From positions 35,094,001-35,158,000 of the forward strand of contig NC_087436.1 in the NCBI RefSeq assembly GCF_036321535.1: a stretch of 64,000 nt of DNA. Reading direction: 5' to 3'. The notes below the pieces were generated by a model. It was not told the DNA's origin and ran no database searches. It saw only the letters and a program-made list of their open reading frames with translations. Origin of the DNA: Camelus dromedarius. Taxonomy: Eukaryota. Shown here in pieces: positions 11,547 through 24,345 of this stretch (its first letter is position 1; every line of letters starts with the position of its first letter). A program made the translations under genes and the position numbers.

Positions 11547-14500
11547 TTTTCCCGTTTTTGGTCAAGCTCTCAGTCTAACAGAGATGTGATCAAAATCTAA
11601 AGCATTAATCTACAACAAAGGAGCTAACTACATTATTTTTAAGTGAACCTAAATCTAAAGATGCTCTTAGTAAGATCTGTCCCAGAGCTATACATTAATA
11701 GTAAAAGTGTATGAAAACAAATGTTCAAAGTCCACCAGGAATTTCCAGGGTATGGCTTCAGACCCTTCTTTCTTTGATTTCTGTGAACTGTAGATGAAAA
11801 AGAGACCTGATCTAAGCAGCTTTAAAGTGATGACTGAAGAATTTATATTAAAAACACTGGGTATCAAATTTAAGTAACTTGCTCAGGTGTTGCTGCCTCC
11901 TGGGAATTTTCATGATAACTATCCATCTTTGTAACTTAATCACATAAATAACTGATAATTATTTGAAACAAGAATATTTTATTTTTATTTTATTTTGATT
12001 GTAGGAATAGTATTCAGACTTTCGTAGGCTTTAAATCTCGTTGACATTTAGTTAGAATGAATTTAGTTAGAAATGGAGTGGTTTATGTTTTAAGTAGCAA
12101 GACTTCATCTTCTAAGTCACTTATAGGTGACTTATACGGACATTTTAAAATTACACATCATTTCAGTTATAAACTTTGCGAAGGTAACCTTATCATCCTT
12201 ATACTCTGTGCACAAGGAAAATAATTGCCTAGTCACATTTCATTTAAACTGTATTTCCTGTGATTAGAGAATTAAATAAGAAAGAGTCTTCTCAAAAGTT
12301 AGTAACATCACATAATACTTTAAGAGATTTGATATAAACCTCTAATCCACTTATTTGTTTTATAGATAATATATTAAAGTCAAGGCTGAAAATGTGCATT
12401 AAACTATGAAAGCCCTCACAGCCAATTATGAGGGAATACCAGATTAGAAATTAAATGCAGATCTTCAAAACTTTGTTCTATTTTCTTCTCAAACATTAAA
12501 TAATTCTAATAATTTATGTTTAATTATAGGTATTACTAAGGACAAAATTATTATTCTAAACCCTATACAGTAAATCGCATGAACTCTCTGGACCTCACAG
12601 CTTTTAGATAAGCATGCTAGAAGCAAGCATAATGAAAGGATAAATTAGTAGAAAAGTGTATTTCTCTATGAATCATCTAAAGAGAAGAGGAATATATATG
12701 TATATTTCTTTGAAATTGTTCAGCTAATTCCTCAACTTTACAATGAAGTGGAAATACGCCATCAGCAATACCCTTAAGTGTTCATTGAACATTAGCGTTC
12801 TATTAGCATGGATTTTGAAAGACTTAAATTATTTCTGTTGAGATCTCAATCACAAGTTCTTCTTGCTACTTCTTGACTTATTTCTAAGCTGAGGAATTCA
12901 TATTGAAATCAACATGTGGTTTTGATTGGATTTCCTCCAATATGGCAGCAAAGAAGAATAGTTTTAATTCCGATAGGAGAAGAGATTCTGCATACAATCC
13001 AAGAAAAGAAAAATCCACATTTCAGAACACTAAATTGAGTTCACATTCCAAATATATTGTATCAAAGTGAGCATTTTCAGGCTTTGGAAGGGTGAATTAA
13101 GTTTGCTCTGTCCCTATGTTTCCAAAGAAGGATAAAAATATGGGATTTTAGTTATTTTGTAAAAAGTAAAATACATAATTTCTTAAAACAAATGAACAAA
13201 CCAACAAAGAAAACTCCATCAAATCTGTGGAGCATAACCCTATATCCTAGAAGAAGATAGGTATCCTCAAGTTTGAACCAGGGCACAGCCCACACATCTT
13301 CATTCACATACATCACACATAAACTCTATACACCAACACAGAGAAGCTGACACTCAGTGCTGATGCTCCAGATAGCGGTCCCAACTCTTCTCTTCCTTTA
13401 GAATTTCTAAGTGCTCGGCATGCTGTAGGTAACCTCAACATATAATTATCACTTATTGAAAGTCATGGAAAAAGATTTCCTCTTAATTAAGAATTGTGTA
13501 ACTACTCTTAATTAATCAAAGTACTGTTAAGATAAAATACGTCCATTAGTTAGAGATAACCATTCCATGCCCTTACTTAAATATTTTTTTCTTTTCTAAT
13601 TTATTTTCTCTTTCTTTAAGTTTCTCTTTTTACTTATATACCTCCCTTACCACTTTATAACGTACGCTCATAAAAATTTTGCTAGGTAGGAAAGGAAAGT
13701 AAAAGGTGTGGGAAGTAAAAATTCGGAAATTAATTGCTAATAATGAACATACAAATTTCATTTAGTCTTCATTTTTCTATTTTGTTTTACTATAGATAAA
13801 AATTAAAATACAAAGTATAGTCAAAATAAAATTACTACTGAGAACATTATAAGGTAAAAATTAGGTGATATTAATATTAAACAATCAATCCAAAATATTT
13901 TCTTGTTTTCTACTATGTGCTAGGCATCATACTTAGCACATTGTGCACATAATTCAACCAATAAAATAATGGAGAAATGCTTACAGTCTGAATTGGTTCA
14001 CTTAAAATATTAAATAACAATAAAATATTGGGAATATTTAATAAATGTTTCAAAAATTTATATGTTAAGGTGCCTTTTCCTAGCAATAGAATTATATTCT
14101 ACCTGTGGTTTTACTTATACATGACTATTCTCAGTCATTTTCAAATTGTTTATAACATTTCTGGTTCAGAATGTAACCTGATATGTTAAACAACAACAAT
14201 GACAAAGTTAAAAGGCCATTTTCTCACTTCTTGAAAAATTCTATAAAATCCTGTTTTAGCTATTTGGAACAGTACAAGAAGTCAAAATAAAAGTCGATAA
14301 GTTTCCTTAGGTAAGCAAGATGACTTTCTTTCCTTTATGCAATTTCTTTAAAATTTATTCTAGATTGATTGTTAAATACTGACCCTCTCTTTTTATGTTT
14401 CCTACATTTCTTTGTGATATTTGGTATACAGATCTACCAAGCACTAGAGATTTTTTTTAATTGGCATATAACTTAAACAAAATGGCTGAGTTATCTTATC

Positions 14501-15224
14501 TGAAGTCTCAGTAAACTAAGATTTAATTATTTGCTGAAGATGTGAAGCAGCAATGATGCTTTCACATTCAGGAATATTACAGTAAAATCGGTTATTAGGT
14601 ATATGCCACCACTGGGTTATCAGAAACAAGTCAAGCTTTTTGTAACACAGCATGCTACAGGAGGAATGGAGCTTACTCGGCTCTGCACGCCTGAACTAGG
14701 TGAAGCAACAGCACAATGTGGTTTTACTTCTTTTCAAGGAAAGGGGGGGAAACCACACACAGTAAATGTTCTCATCCTTCACAGGTCCCCAGAGGGAAAC
14801 AGAAGCTCCTTTCATCCCTAGCCCAAATATAAAATCATCTTCTTTCAGCCAAGTGTAAAGTAAATTACAAGAGGTGCTTGCCTAGGCCAAGTTCAAATAC
14901 CAACACTTAAGAGAAGCTGCCAGCCAATCTGCCCACCTTCAACAGGTTTATCCAAGGAAGAGGTAGCTTCCTGAAGCCTCAGGGAAGGAACAGAAAAGGC
15001 ATTTCTCAGCAGGTTTATAGCTATCACTTTGATGATCAATTCTTATTTGTGTATGCAACACCGCTGCTCTCTGAAGAACATGCTAATTCACCTACAGCAC
15101 GTGGTGGATCACAAGGCCGGTCTAAGCTGGATAACGCGGCTATTCAAACTCCATTTGTCCACTGTTATTGACTTATTCTGATATTTTCCATTATCAGAAG
15201 ACCCTAGTTTTAATGCAGTTTTGA

Positions 15225-15400
15225 TGGTTCAATGGATTAATTCTTGCTGCACATTAAAACTTGGGAGTTTCTTTAAAATACCCATATTAGAGCACCATTC
15301 TCAGAGTTCAATTTATTTGGTCTAAGATAGAATCCTGACATCAGTATTTTTAAAAGCTCCCAGATGGTTCTAATTTACCCTCCGAGCTGAGAACTGCTGA
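15225..15400. mobile_element. MER5A/MER5B hAT-Charlie MITE
   Basis: GCTGCACATTAAAAC...CATCAGTATTTTTAAAAGCTCCCAGATGGTTCTAAT...GCTGAGAACTGCTG. Confidence 0.7.
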
Positions 15401-16339
15401 ATTAAATACATCTTTATGATTCTCTACTGTATATAAATTTTTTTGCAAGACCCTAGAAGTAAAAAGAAAATTACCTATGAGAGTCAAGAGATAAAAGAAA
15501 GTAGAGAAATTGAAGAAAACATTGAATGTATAGAATGGCCCCTGAAAGGACTGACTGGACAAGGTTGGGTTAGGTACTGGATGGTTTGACTCAGGTTTTA
15601 GACCAAGCATTTTTAGTGGCAACTTTCTCCTAGTTGCAGTAAGCAGTACAAGCAGAGAATAGAAGAAGCTAGACTCTGGAATAAGCAACTATTGAGTAAC
15701 TTGCCAAAGTCATAAGCTTGACAGAGAAGAAGTATGTGTCCACATTTTTGTTTTTCTACTGTAATATTGAGGGTCTCTGTAAAAAGTTTTTGAAGCTTTT
15801 TAAGTTTTTTGAAATGGGACTCAGCGCTGGTGAGCAAGGAGGATCATAAAACAGAAGAAATGGAAGCACCATAAATTGGAGAACTTTATAAGATAAATAA
15901 AACAGGAATAAAAGAAGGAACAGTATGAAATGTCAGGAAGAAATCTGGGGATATTTAAATTTAAGAATTAATGCATAAGAAATGCATGATAAAATTTTAT
16001 CAAACAGCAAGTTAGTACAAGTTAGGATATAGGTTAGTAAATTGGAAGATCCTTAATATTTATCAGAGTTCATGAAGTCAAGAAATATGAAAACAAACAA
16101 TGTCTGGAAAATCCATTATTTCCCAAGAAAAGAACAGAAAGACAAGTCTTTCAGCCAATGCCAAAATTCTCAGTTAACAAGGCAAAGTGATCTGGAAGTC
16201 TATGAATGTCCACATGGGGAGGTGCTGAGGATATGAAGGGCTGGTGGTGTGAATTTCAAAGGAGTTTTGGTTGTAAACAATTTGTTCAAGAAATGCTTTT
16301 AAATTCACATCAATCTCCTCCACCTCTAAGTTCACCCTT

Positions 16340-16935
16340 GAGTAGAAGGGAGACAGTGTAGTAAGGATCTAGAGAAGCAAGCAAGGGACAGAACACACAG
16401 GGCAAATAATTTTGTCTTTTATCTTAATGTAATGAGATGACAATCAAAGACTTTGAATAAGAGATAAAATTGATCCAAAAATATCTTGAAGATATTCTGA
16501 AAACTGTGTGTAAATTTTTTTTTAAATTGTGTATAGATCAGATTAAGACTGGCAAGAATGGAGGTAGGAAGAATTAGGAAATTATTTCAGTCATTCAGGA
16601 GAGAGGTAAAGCTTAGAATAAAATGGTGGCAACGAAGAAGGAAAAGAAGTGCAGAGATGTGACAAATGCTTTGTAGGTAGAACAGCCAGGCTTTGGAGAT
16701 GGAACGGATATATATACAAGAGAGAGGCTGACGTCAAGGATTATTTTCAGACTTTTGGCTTATGCACCGAGGTACAAGGAAGAACCACTTACTGAGATGA
16801 GGAAAACACTGTATTAGCTGTGGGTGAAGTAAGATCAAAAGTGCAGTTTTGAACACGGTAAGTGAGAGAGACAAGTGGAGATATCAAGTAGGCTACTGCA
16901 TCTATCAACCTGAAGCTCAGAAGAAAGGTCTACCA
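16340..16935 (-). mobile_element. L2 LINE fragment
   Basis: GTCAAGGATTATTTTCAGACTTTTGGCTT...CAAGTGGAGATATCAAGTAGGC...GAAGCTCAGAAGAAAGGTCT resembles antisense L2. Confidence 0.75.
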
Positions 16936-18624
16936 GTATCTTTCCAGCTTAAGAATGAATATCTTTTTGAAAGCAAACTTTGAAGTTGAAATATGTTTAC
17001 ACTTTCTTTGGTATTTAGGCAACAAACCTATCCATTTCCACAGCAGTTTATCACGTTAATGTTCCAAGTTGCATCTTTTGAAGACAATCAAACTGAACAC
17101 GACTGTAGTTAATGCAGTACACTAAACAGCCATGATCTTCTGGCTAACAATAAGCCAATAATCAGCACATCTTCCAAACCCTTGTCTGCCAGATGAGAAG
17201 GTACATATTTACTTTGTGTACTTTCTTTTGAAACTTATCCCAGGATCTGGCCACCTGGTCTGTCATATTGGATATTAATTGACTACAGCCTGCCAATTAA
17301 TGATGAGATTTGTCTGTTTGAAGCAGAAGCCATTCTATTCCAGAATGAACCTCCTCTTCTTCCTAATTAATGAAAATAAAGCCACTTATATCATAAAATA
17401 GATTTTTTAAAATATATGTGTTATTTGCCACACGATTATGCAACTAGTAAAATGGTCAGAATATCTAGAATAAACTCAGAGAGGAATGTTTTAGGGGAAA
17501 AAAAGACATTTTTTTCTCCTATAGAATACCCCATAACATAAAACATAACATAAAACAAAACAAAATAAAGCAAGGAGGACTGGGTACTTATTGAGCTTTA
17601 CATATTTCATGTAGCCCTTCCTTCATCATCACACTGTCACTACACTGTTTATTAATAAAGACATTTCTAATATTTCCAGTAACTAAACATCTCAGGACAG
17701 AAATATGAAACCCACGCTTTGGCAAATTCTCAGTTTTAAAAAGAGAGACCTCTCAGTGTTTACTGACATTTATGGAACAGATAAAAACTCTAAACACATG
17801 GAAATACTCTCTTCTGCATAAATATGCTCTAACCTGAAAAATTCTGCCCTACCCTGCAGCCTTCTTGTCTTTCCTACTCCAACTGATAGAATCTCACTCA
17901 CACTCAAGGCCAAGCTTCCCTGATCTAATGAGATAAATGTTCCCTCTCTGATGGCATTGTGTCGAGGACCTGAACTACAGTATTTATTTGTCTATTTCTC
18001 TGCGTTAGACTGAGCGATCTTGAGATTGTATTAATATTTCTTGAATCAGAAAATATTTGCTGATAAGGAAAAAAAAACTCAAATTGTTCAAGGAAAAAAG
18101 AATATTGCATGATATGGAGGAATCTCATGGAAATAAATCCCAGAATATACAGTCAGGACTCATGAAAACTGGAGACTGGTCATCAGCTACTCTGTTCTTC
18201 ACCTTCTATTCATGGTGTTGGTCTCTTGTTTTTGGCCCTTTCATTAGGTCAGGTCTAGCAACAGACATGATTTCTCTGTATAATCATACCCTTGTATACT
18301 CTACATTTTCCATTATGGGAGAAAGAATTTGCTTGGCTCACCTTGTTAGGTTTGTTTTATTTCTCCATTCCTAAAAAAAGTAATTTTATTGGTCCAGCTA
18401 GGTAAGCCTGATCCAGTAAAGGTTTCTAGAGGCCAAGATCAGGTGATATTTTTGCCAACTGCCAACCTAATTTAAGGACTGTGAGACAAGTTTTACTGTT
18501 AGAAGGGAGATTTAGTGGAGAGGTATCCTTACAGTTTTCTTTTATCTAAGTGAAATGCCTGACAGCAACCCAGAGCTTCCTGGTGCCAGGGTCTGTGCGT
18601 TCTACATATGCCATGGTGCCTCCC

Positions 18625-19050
18625 TGTGAAACACTCTTGGCTAACCTTGATTATTTATTTTCCCTTTCTTCATGGTAATCAAATTATAGCTTGCCCACAG
18701 CGATACTGCTAAAATCTAAATTAATTCCTCGTCTTCCTTGTGGCTAGTTGTAGCTGTGACTAAATTTTGGCCAATAGGATGTGAGCAAAAGAGATAAGTA
18801 CTACTTTTTAATCTTGGCCTTGGAACAATTGTAAGTGTACTTTGTTGTTCTTTTTCCTTTCCCTACTGGCTGGGAGTTGGTGAGAACCAGAGAAGCTGCG
18901 TTAAATCCATCAATAGAGGCCCTTTGTTGAGGTATATTGGCAGCGATGTCTAACCACCCTGAATCAATTGTCTACATGTGGACTGCTACATGAGAGGGAA
19001 ATAAAAAATCTATCTTTTTTTAATGTCATTGTGGTTGATGCCTAATTTAA
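18625..19050 (+). mobile_element. MLT1J-family MaLR 5' LTR
   Basis: CTTCCTTGTGGCTAGTTGTAGCTGTGACTAAATTTTGGCCAATAGGATGTGAGC...GGACTGCTACATGAGAGGGAAATAAA. Confidence 0.75.
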
Positions 19051-20365
19051 GCCAAGATTTGTGTAAGAAGGAGGATGCTTAAATAATACAAGGATAAATG
19101 TGTGTGACTGGCTTAGCAGGCAAATAGCAAGTATTATGAATACAGAAATTGCTGATTGGAAATCCAGTTATTCTAGTAGTATTATGGCCATTAACCAAAT
19201 TTGTTAAAACTGTTACCTCAGATAATTTGGAAAGAAAAATCGAATGTCAGTAGAGTCCGTACTTTAGTGAGCTCACAAAAATGATGTAGAATATTGGCGT
19301 ATGTTGACTGATGGTTTGTAGCTTTTAGACAAGTAACAGGATAGAAACTCTCATGAGAGGCCTTTTAAGCGGATGTGATGGAAAATATATTCTGATAAGG
19401 GAGACTCTCTGCCTGCAGCCCGCAATCTATATAAACTGTGACGGGCGGCAAGTAATTTTGACTTGTACATGGTTGGAAAGCCAAGACTGCTAAACCCTAA
19501 ATATAATGAGGTAAGATTGAGACCTGAGCCTCAAGTAATCCTGGCCAGACAATGGAAGCTGCTAGCCAGATCATGGACTAGACTGAAATGCTGCTTTCCA
19601 ATCCCTATTGTTTCAGATAGCCTCGAGGCAGTTGCTATTAAATAGAGGGAAAGAGATGGGCCAATTCCAGAGGCCAGTAACTAAAATGGATTTGGGCAAG
19701 TTTAAGATCCATGACTAGACAAGATCCTTGGCTGTAGTTAATTCACATGAAACTGACTACAAGCAGATAGACTGGAAGCCAATTGGTTTTGAGATACTTG
19801 TATTGACAAAGACATTGTGAGCCTATATTACAAAGGTTTATGCTTGATCTATTCCCTACAAAAAGAGGTTGTGAACCTCCTCAAGCCTGCATATTCCCCA
19901 GTGCAAATTTCATATGAGGCCAAGGGCAGTAACAGACAAGCAAGAGTCCCCCAGTTCTCATGGAGGACAATGAACAGGGAGTTTTTCCCAGAGAGTAGAA
20001 ACAGATGTTAACAAAAAAAAAAAAAAAAAAAAAAAATTTCTCTACTGGTTTTAAAGAGAGTCTTCACAATTTCTGCTTCTCAGGCATTCATTATTGTTAT
20101 GACTATGCTTTTTCCATTAGTCCTTTTTCAAAATGGGAGCTTGAAGCTAACCTATTTCTTATCTACTACTGAATATAGAGGGCAAGGATTATTGGTAATT
20201 GTCTGTTATACATTGTTAGATCGCTGTCCAGACCTGATGGAGAAGTCTAAATATCACCTAAATAATACGGAATAAACTGACCAGAGATTTTTTTTAGTCT
20301 TCCTTTCAGAAATGGTGAATAGATGTGAAGGATAAATATGAATATTTATATGATCAGAGAAGTGG
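19051..20365 (+). mobile_element. MLT1J-int MaLR internal region
   Basis: Colinear landmarks: TTTGTTAAAACTGTTACCT, GGTTGGAAAGCCAAGACTGCT, CCTATTGTTTCAGATAGCCTCGAGG, GCAGATAGACTGGAAGCC, GCATATTCCCCAGTGC, CCCAGAGAGTAGAA, GACCTGATGGAGAAG. Confidence 0.8.
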
Positions 20366-20367
20366 TC

Positions 20368-21275
20368 TATGCCACACTACTAGTAGTCGTCCAGTATCAA
20401 TTTCTCCTTCTTCTATAATAACATATTTTTAGCAGGACACAAATCTATAAAATCAAATACTACAATTCCCAACTTTGACCAAAATGAGGAGATATGACAA
20501 ACTTATGGCCAATGGAATTTGCAGAAATGATCTGTGCCATTTGCAGTTATTGCCCTTAATCATATGGAAAGTAGTTTCCCCAAAATACCACTAGAAACAA
20601 TTGTTAATCAAGTAAGGCTAAGTTTATTAAACCTACTACATCAAAAGACAGCATCATATGAACTGAAGTGTCTCAGAAAGGAGAATCCAAGGAAAAATAT
20701 TTGTAGACTCTGAGGACTAGGATGAGTGATTTTTAACACAGAACTTGTAAGGTAAAATAATAGTTGAAATAAAGCAGTGTTGATGACAGAGTAACTTTAG
20801 ATTGGTGGGTACAACCAAGACAAGGATACTAGCCACTCTAGACTAAAAAGTTGTTCATCTCCATGAGTAAGGCATTTTGATTGGTTTTCCATCTTATCCT
20901 TCAGGAACAATTATTTTCTGAAGCAGTTTGTTGATTAATTTCTCTACGGTCCCAATAATGCTTAGTGCACAAACAGGAAAATACGCTTGGTCTCAGAACT
21001 GTTGAGTACCAAGGTAAGAAAGCATGTTCTTCTGGTTCTCAGTGAAATTGGAAGACTGCATTTCTAGTCCTATTCCCACTTTCTGCTGGTTGGGAGATGA
21101 CATGCCAGTGCAATGATACATGGACTCTGAATGAAAGTCAAATGTTGAGGATGGCAGAGCCACCTGCTCACCTAGATCCTCTTGTTTACCTCAGGGTTGT
21201 TATACAGGAGAAAAATAGACTCTGTATTATGTAAGCCACTATATTTGTCATACATTTCAACACACATTCTCTACC
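20368..21275 (+). mobile_element. MLT1J-family MaLR 3' LTR, split by a nested LTR
   Basis: First part 20368-20562 (ATACTACAATTCCCA...TGGCCAATGGAAT); resumes at 21042 (CTGCTGGTTGGGAGATG...TGTTGAGGATGGCAGAGCC...TAAGCCACT). Confidence 0.7.
20563..21041 (-). mobile_element. LTR78-like ERV1 solo LTR nested in the MLT1J 3' LTR
   Basis: Minus strand starts TGAGAACCAGAAGAACATGC...CTGAGACCAAG...CACTAAGCATTATTGGGACC and has AATAAAC near its end. Confidence 0.7.
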
Positions 21276-21279
21276 CTAA

Positions 21280-22135
21280 TTTGTTAATATTGTGAGCAAT
21301 ATCTGTTTAATAAAAAACTGAAGTAAACAGACAAGCATTAGAGGGAAAATGACTTGAAATTTGGAAATTGACTCAAAGGTAGAATGGCAGAAGCTCAAAC
21401 TCAGTGCAAGATATTAGGACAATCAATAGAGTAGGACAATATATAAAAATAGGGGTAAAAAGGGGTCCTTGTACAAGAAGTAGAACTAATATGCAAAATG
21501 AAGTATGGTGCTAAACTACAAGTCAAAAAAGGCAACTCAGCTCTTAGAGGCAATGAGAACTTAGTGTTCCACATGACAGAGTTACTGGATCCAAGGTCAG
21601 ACAGAGAATCCAAAAGCTATGGAAGTAGCATCTTCAGTCCCCTCATGAAAGCAAGTTAAGGAAACTGATTCTGACCACCACCTAAAGTCACAGTCTTTGG
21701 CAAGTTGTAAGCCTAAAGAAGTAGGGGAAGCCTCTCAATACAGAACTGAATTAAACCACCCACTGACTTGATGCCATTGTCAATATAATTACAAACAGGT
21801 GCACTGAAATGTCATTAATTATAGTTCTGGTTCTCATTTGAGGATCTAGTTACTATCCAGAAGGGTGAAGAAAGGGAGAAAATGAACCAACAAAAATACT
21901 TCTCTGTCAAATGAGCCTTCAAACCAACACTTCAAAGATAGAATTCTAATAAGTAGTCAAAAAATCTACAATATTAATTAACCTCATAGAAAAATAATTA
22001 TGTAGAATAGACTGAAATTTTTTAAAGTATATTTAGGTCCTCAAAGTGACAAATGAAGGAATTCACTCTACCTTTAATATCTTATTAAAAAATAAGACAT
22101 TATGAAAAATGAAGGCAGAAATGAAGGAACAATTA
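21280..22135 (+). mobile_element. Old L1M 5'/ORF1-region remnant
   Basis: A-rich decayed text resembling the L1M ORF1 region; weak. Confidence 0.35.
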
Positions 22136-22139
22136 AAGT

Positions 22140-24345
22140 TTGAAATAAAAAAATACCATTTAAAATGGCACCAAAATATTTATGCATAAATCTAACAATA
22201 TACATACAGAATTTATACATGGAAAACTATAAAATCTCTGATGAAAGAAATTAAAGATCAAAATAAATGGAGAAATATTCCATGTTTGTGATTGGAAGAT
22301 ATTATTAAAATGTCAGTTCCTCTTGCTAACTTGTTCTACAGATTCAACAAAATCTCAGTCAAAATCTCAGCAATCTACCCTTTATATGGAAAGGCAAAAG
22401 ACCAAGAGGAGACAACACAATATTGAAGAAAAAGAACAAATTTGAAGGACTCACATTACTTGATTTCAAGACTTACTATCATACTACAGTAATCAAAACA
22501 GCTCCTGGTAATGGAAAAGAATAGACATATATACATATAAACGGAACAGAACAGAGAGCCCAGAAATAGACACACACAAATACAGGCACCTGGTCTTTGA
22601 CAAAGAAGCCAAAGCAATTCAGTGGAGAAAGGATAGTCTTTTCAACAAATAGTGCTGGAACAATAAGATATCCCTATGCCAAAAAAGAAAAAAGAAAAGA
22701 AAAAAAAAACTAGACACAGAAACAACAGAAACAGACCTTTCACAAAAATTAACTCAAAATGAATCACAATTCTAAATGTAAAATGCAAAACTCCAAAACT
22801 TTTAGAAGAAAACAAAGGAGAAGATCCAGACAGCCTTGTGTTTGGTAATGAGTTTTTAGGTACAACTTCAAAAGCATGAACTACAAAGGAAAAAAAAAAT
22901 AACTTGGATTTTACTAAAATAAAAAATGTCTGCTCTGTAAAAGAGTAAGTCAGTTAAGAGAATGAAAATACTTTTTAAGAGAATGAGAAGACAAACCACA
23001 GACTGGAAAAAATACATGTAAAATACATATTTGATACAAGACTTGTATCCAAAATATACAAATAATATTTAAATTTTAATAAGTAAACAAAGCAACCTAA
23101 TTAAAAATGGGCAATGGATCTGAACAGGTAACTCATTAAAGAAGACACAGATAATAGAACAGCATATGCAAAAATGTTCAACATCAGTGGTCACTAGAGA
23201 ATTGCAAAGTAAAACCTCTGCATACCTATTAGAGTTGCTAAAATCTGAGAAACTGACAAAACCTAATACTGATTAGGATGTGAAGCAACAGGAAGTCTCA
23301 TTCATAGCCAGTGAATTTTTTTAGCAGTTTTATTCATAATCACCAAAAAATGTGAGTAACCAAGATGGCCTTCAATAGATGAATGGATAAGCAAACTGTG
23401 GTATATCCACATAATGAAATATTATTCAGTGATAAAAAAGAAATAGCCTTTCAAGCCACAAAACAGATTTGAAGGTACCTCAAATGCATATTGCTAAATG
23501 AAAGAAATAAGACTGGAAAGGCTTTTTACTGTATGTCCGAATATATAACATTCTGGAAAAAGCAAAATCAGAGAAAGTAAAGGTCAGAGGTTGCCAAGGT
23601 TTCTCAGGGAGGGTTGAATAGGTGAAACACAATGGATATTTAAGGTGATAAAATTATTCTGAACAATACCATAATGGTGGAAATATGACACTATGCATTT
23701 ATCAAAACCTATAGAGCTTTATAGCATAAAGATTAAACCTTAATGTATGCAAATTAAAAAAGAAATCATTTAGAAGTTTTGGGGAGCCTAGGATGGAATC
23801 CAGATGGTGACAAGAGAATAGAACCATATTACAAATGTGTGAAAAAAAAAATCTCACTGAAGGGAATGGGAGGAAAACCCTACCTAAGTAACTTTGGAAA
23901 TGAATGGAGTTGTTAATACTTAAGACAAATTAAAGCAAAAAGACATGGACATAAACACTCTACTCTAGTTGATTAAATTTTGTTTCTTTTTTCCCATGAG
24001 AGTACAGGTTAACGTTTCTTGTACTGGTATAAAGTATACTGGAAATGAACAACTAAGTAAGTAAACGGCAGGTGGTGAGAGTCAGATTTTTCACTGTTAG
24101 AGTGGTTTACAAATAAGCAAGCAAGGAGAGCTAAAATATCCCCTGTGGTTATGGATTAGGGTTTGTGATAACAGCATAAACTCATTTTTAGTTTAATATA
24201 GATACAGACGGTTACATGTGGAAAATTTATAGGTTGTGTATATAACAAGTTGGTAAACACAATTTCCCTTGCTCTGTCACCCGAAGAGCTTAGAAGTAAT
24301 CACATCCCAGTAACAAAGAACACACCTACAGCCCAAGGTCTTGAC
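22140..24345 (+). mobile_element. L1MC3-like LINE-1 (ORF2 3' part and 3' UTR)
   Basis: ORF2 motifs (AATAAATGGAGAAATATTCCATGTT, GATTTCAAGACTTACTA) and L1MC3-type UTR (AAGTAACTTTGGAAATGAATGGAG, TTTCCCTTGCTCTGTCA). Confidence 0.85.

Noticed and set aside
12942..13070. ATG-initiated 42-aa ORF (MAAKKNSFNSDRRRD...) with a GTGAGC donor-like site at its end
   Set aside because: No recognisable homology, no promoter features and no compatible downstream exon found.
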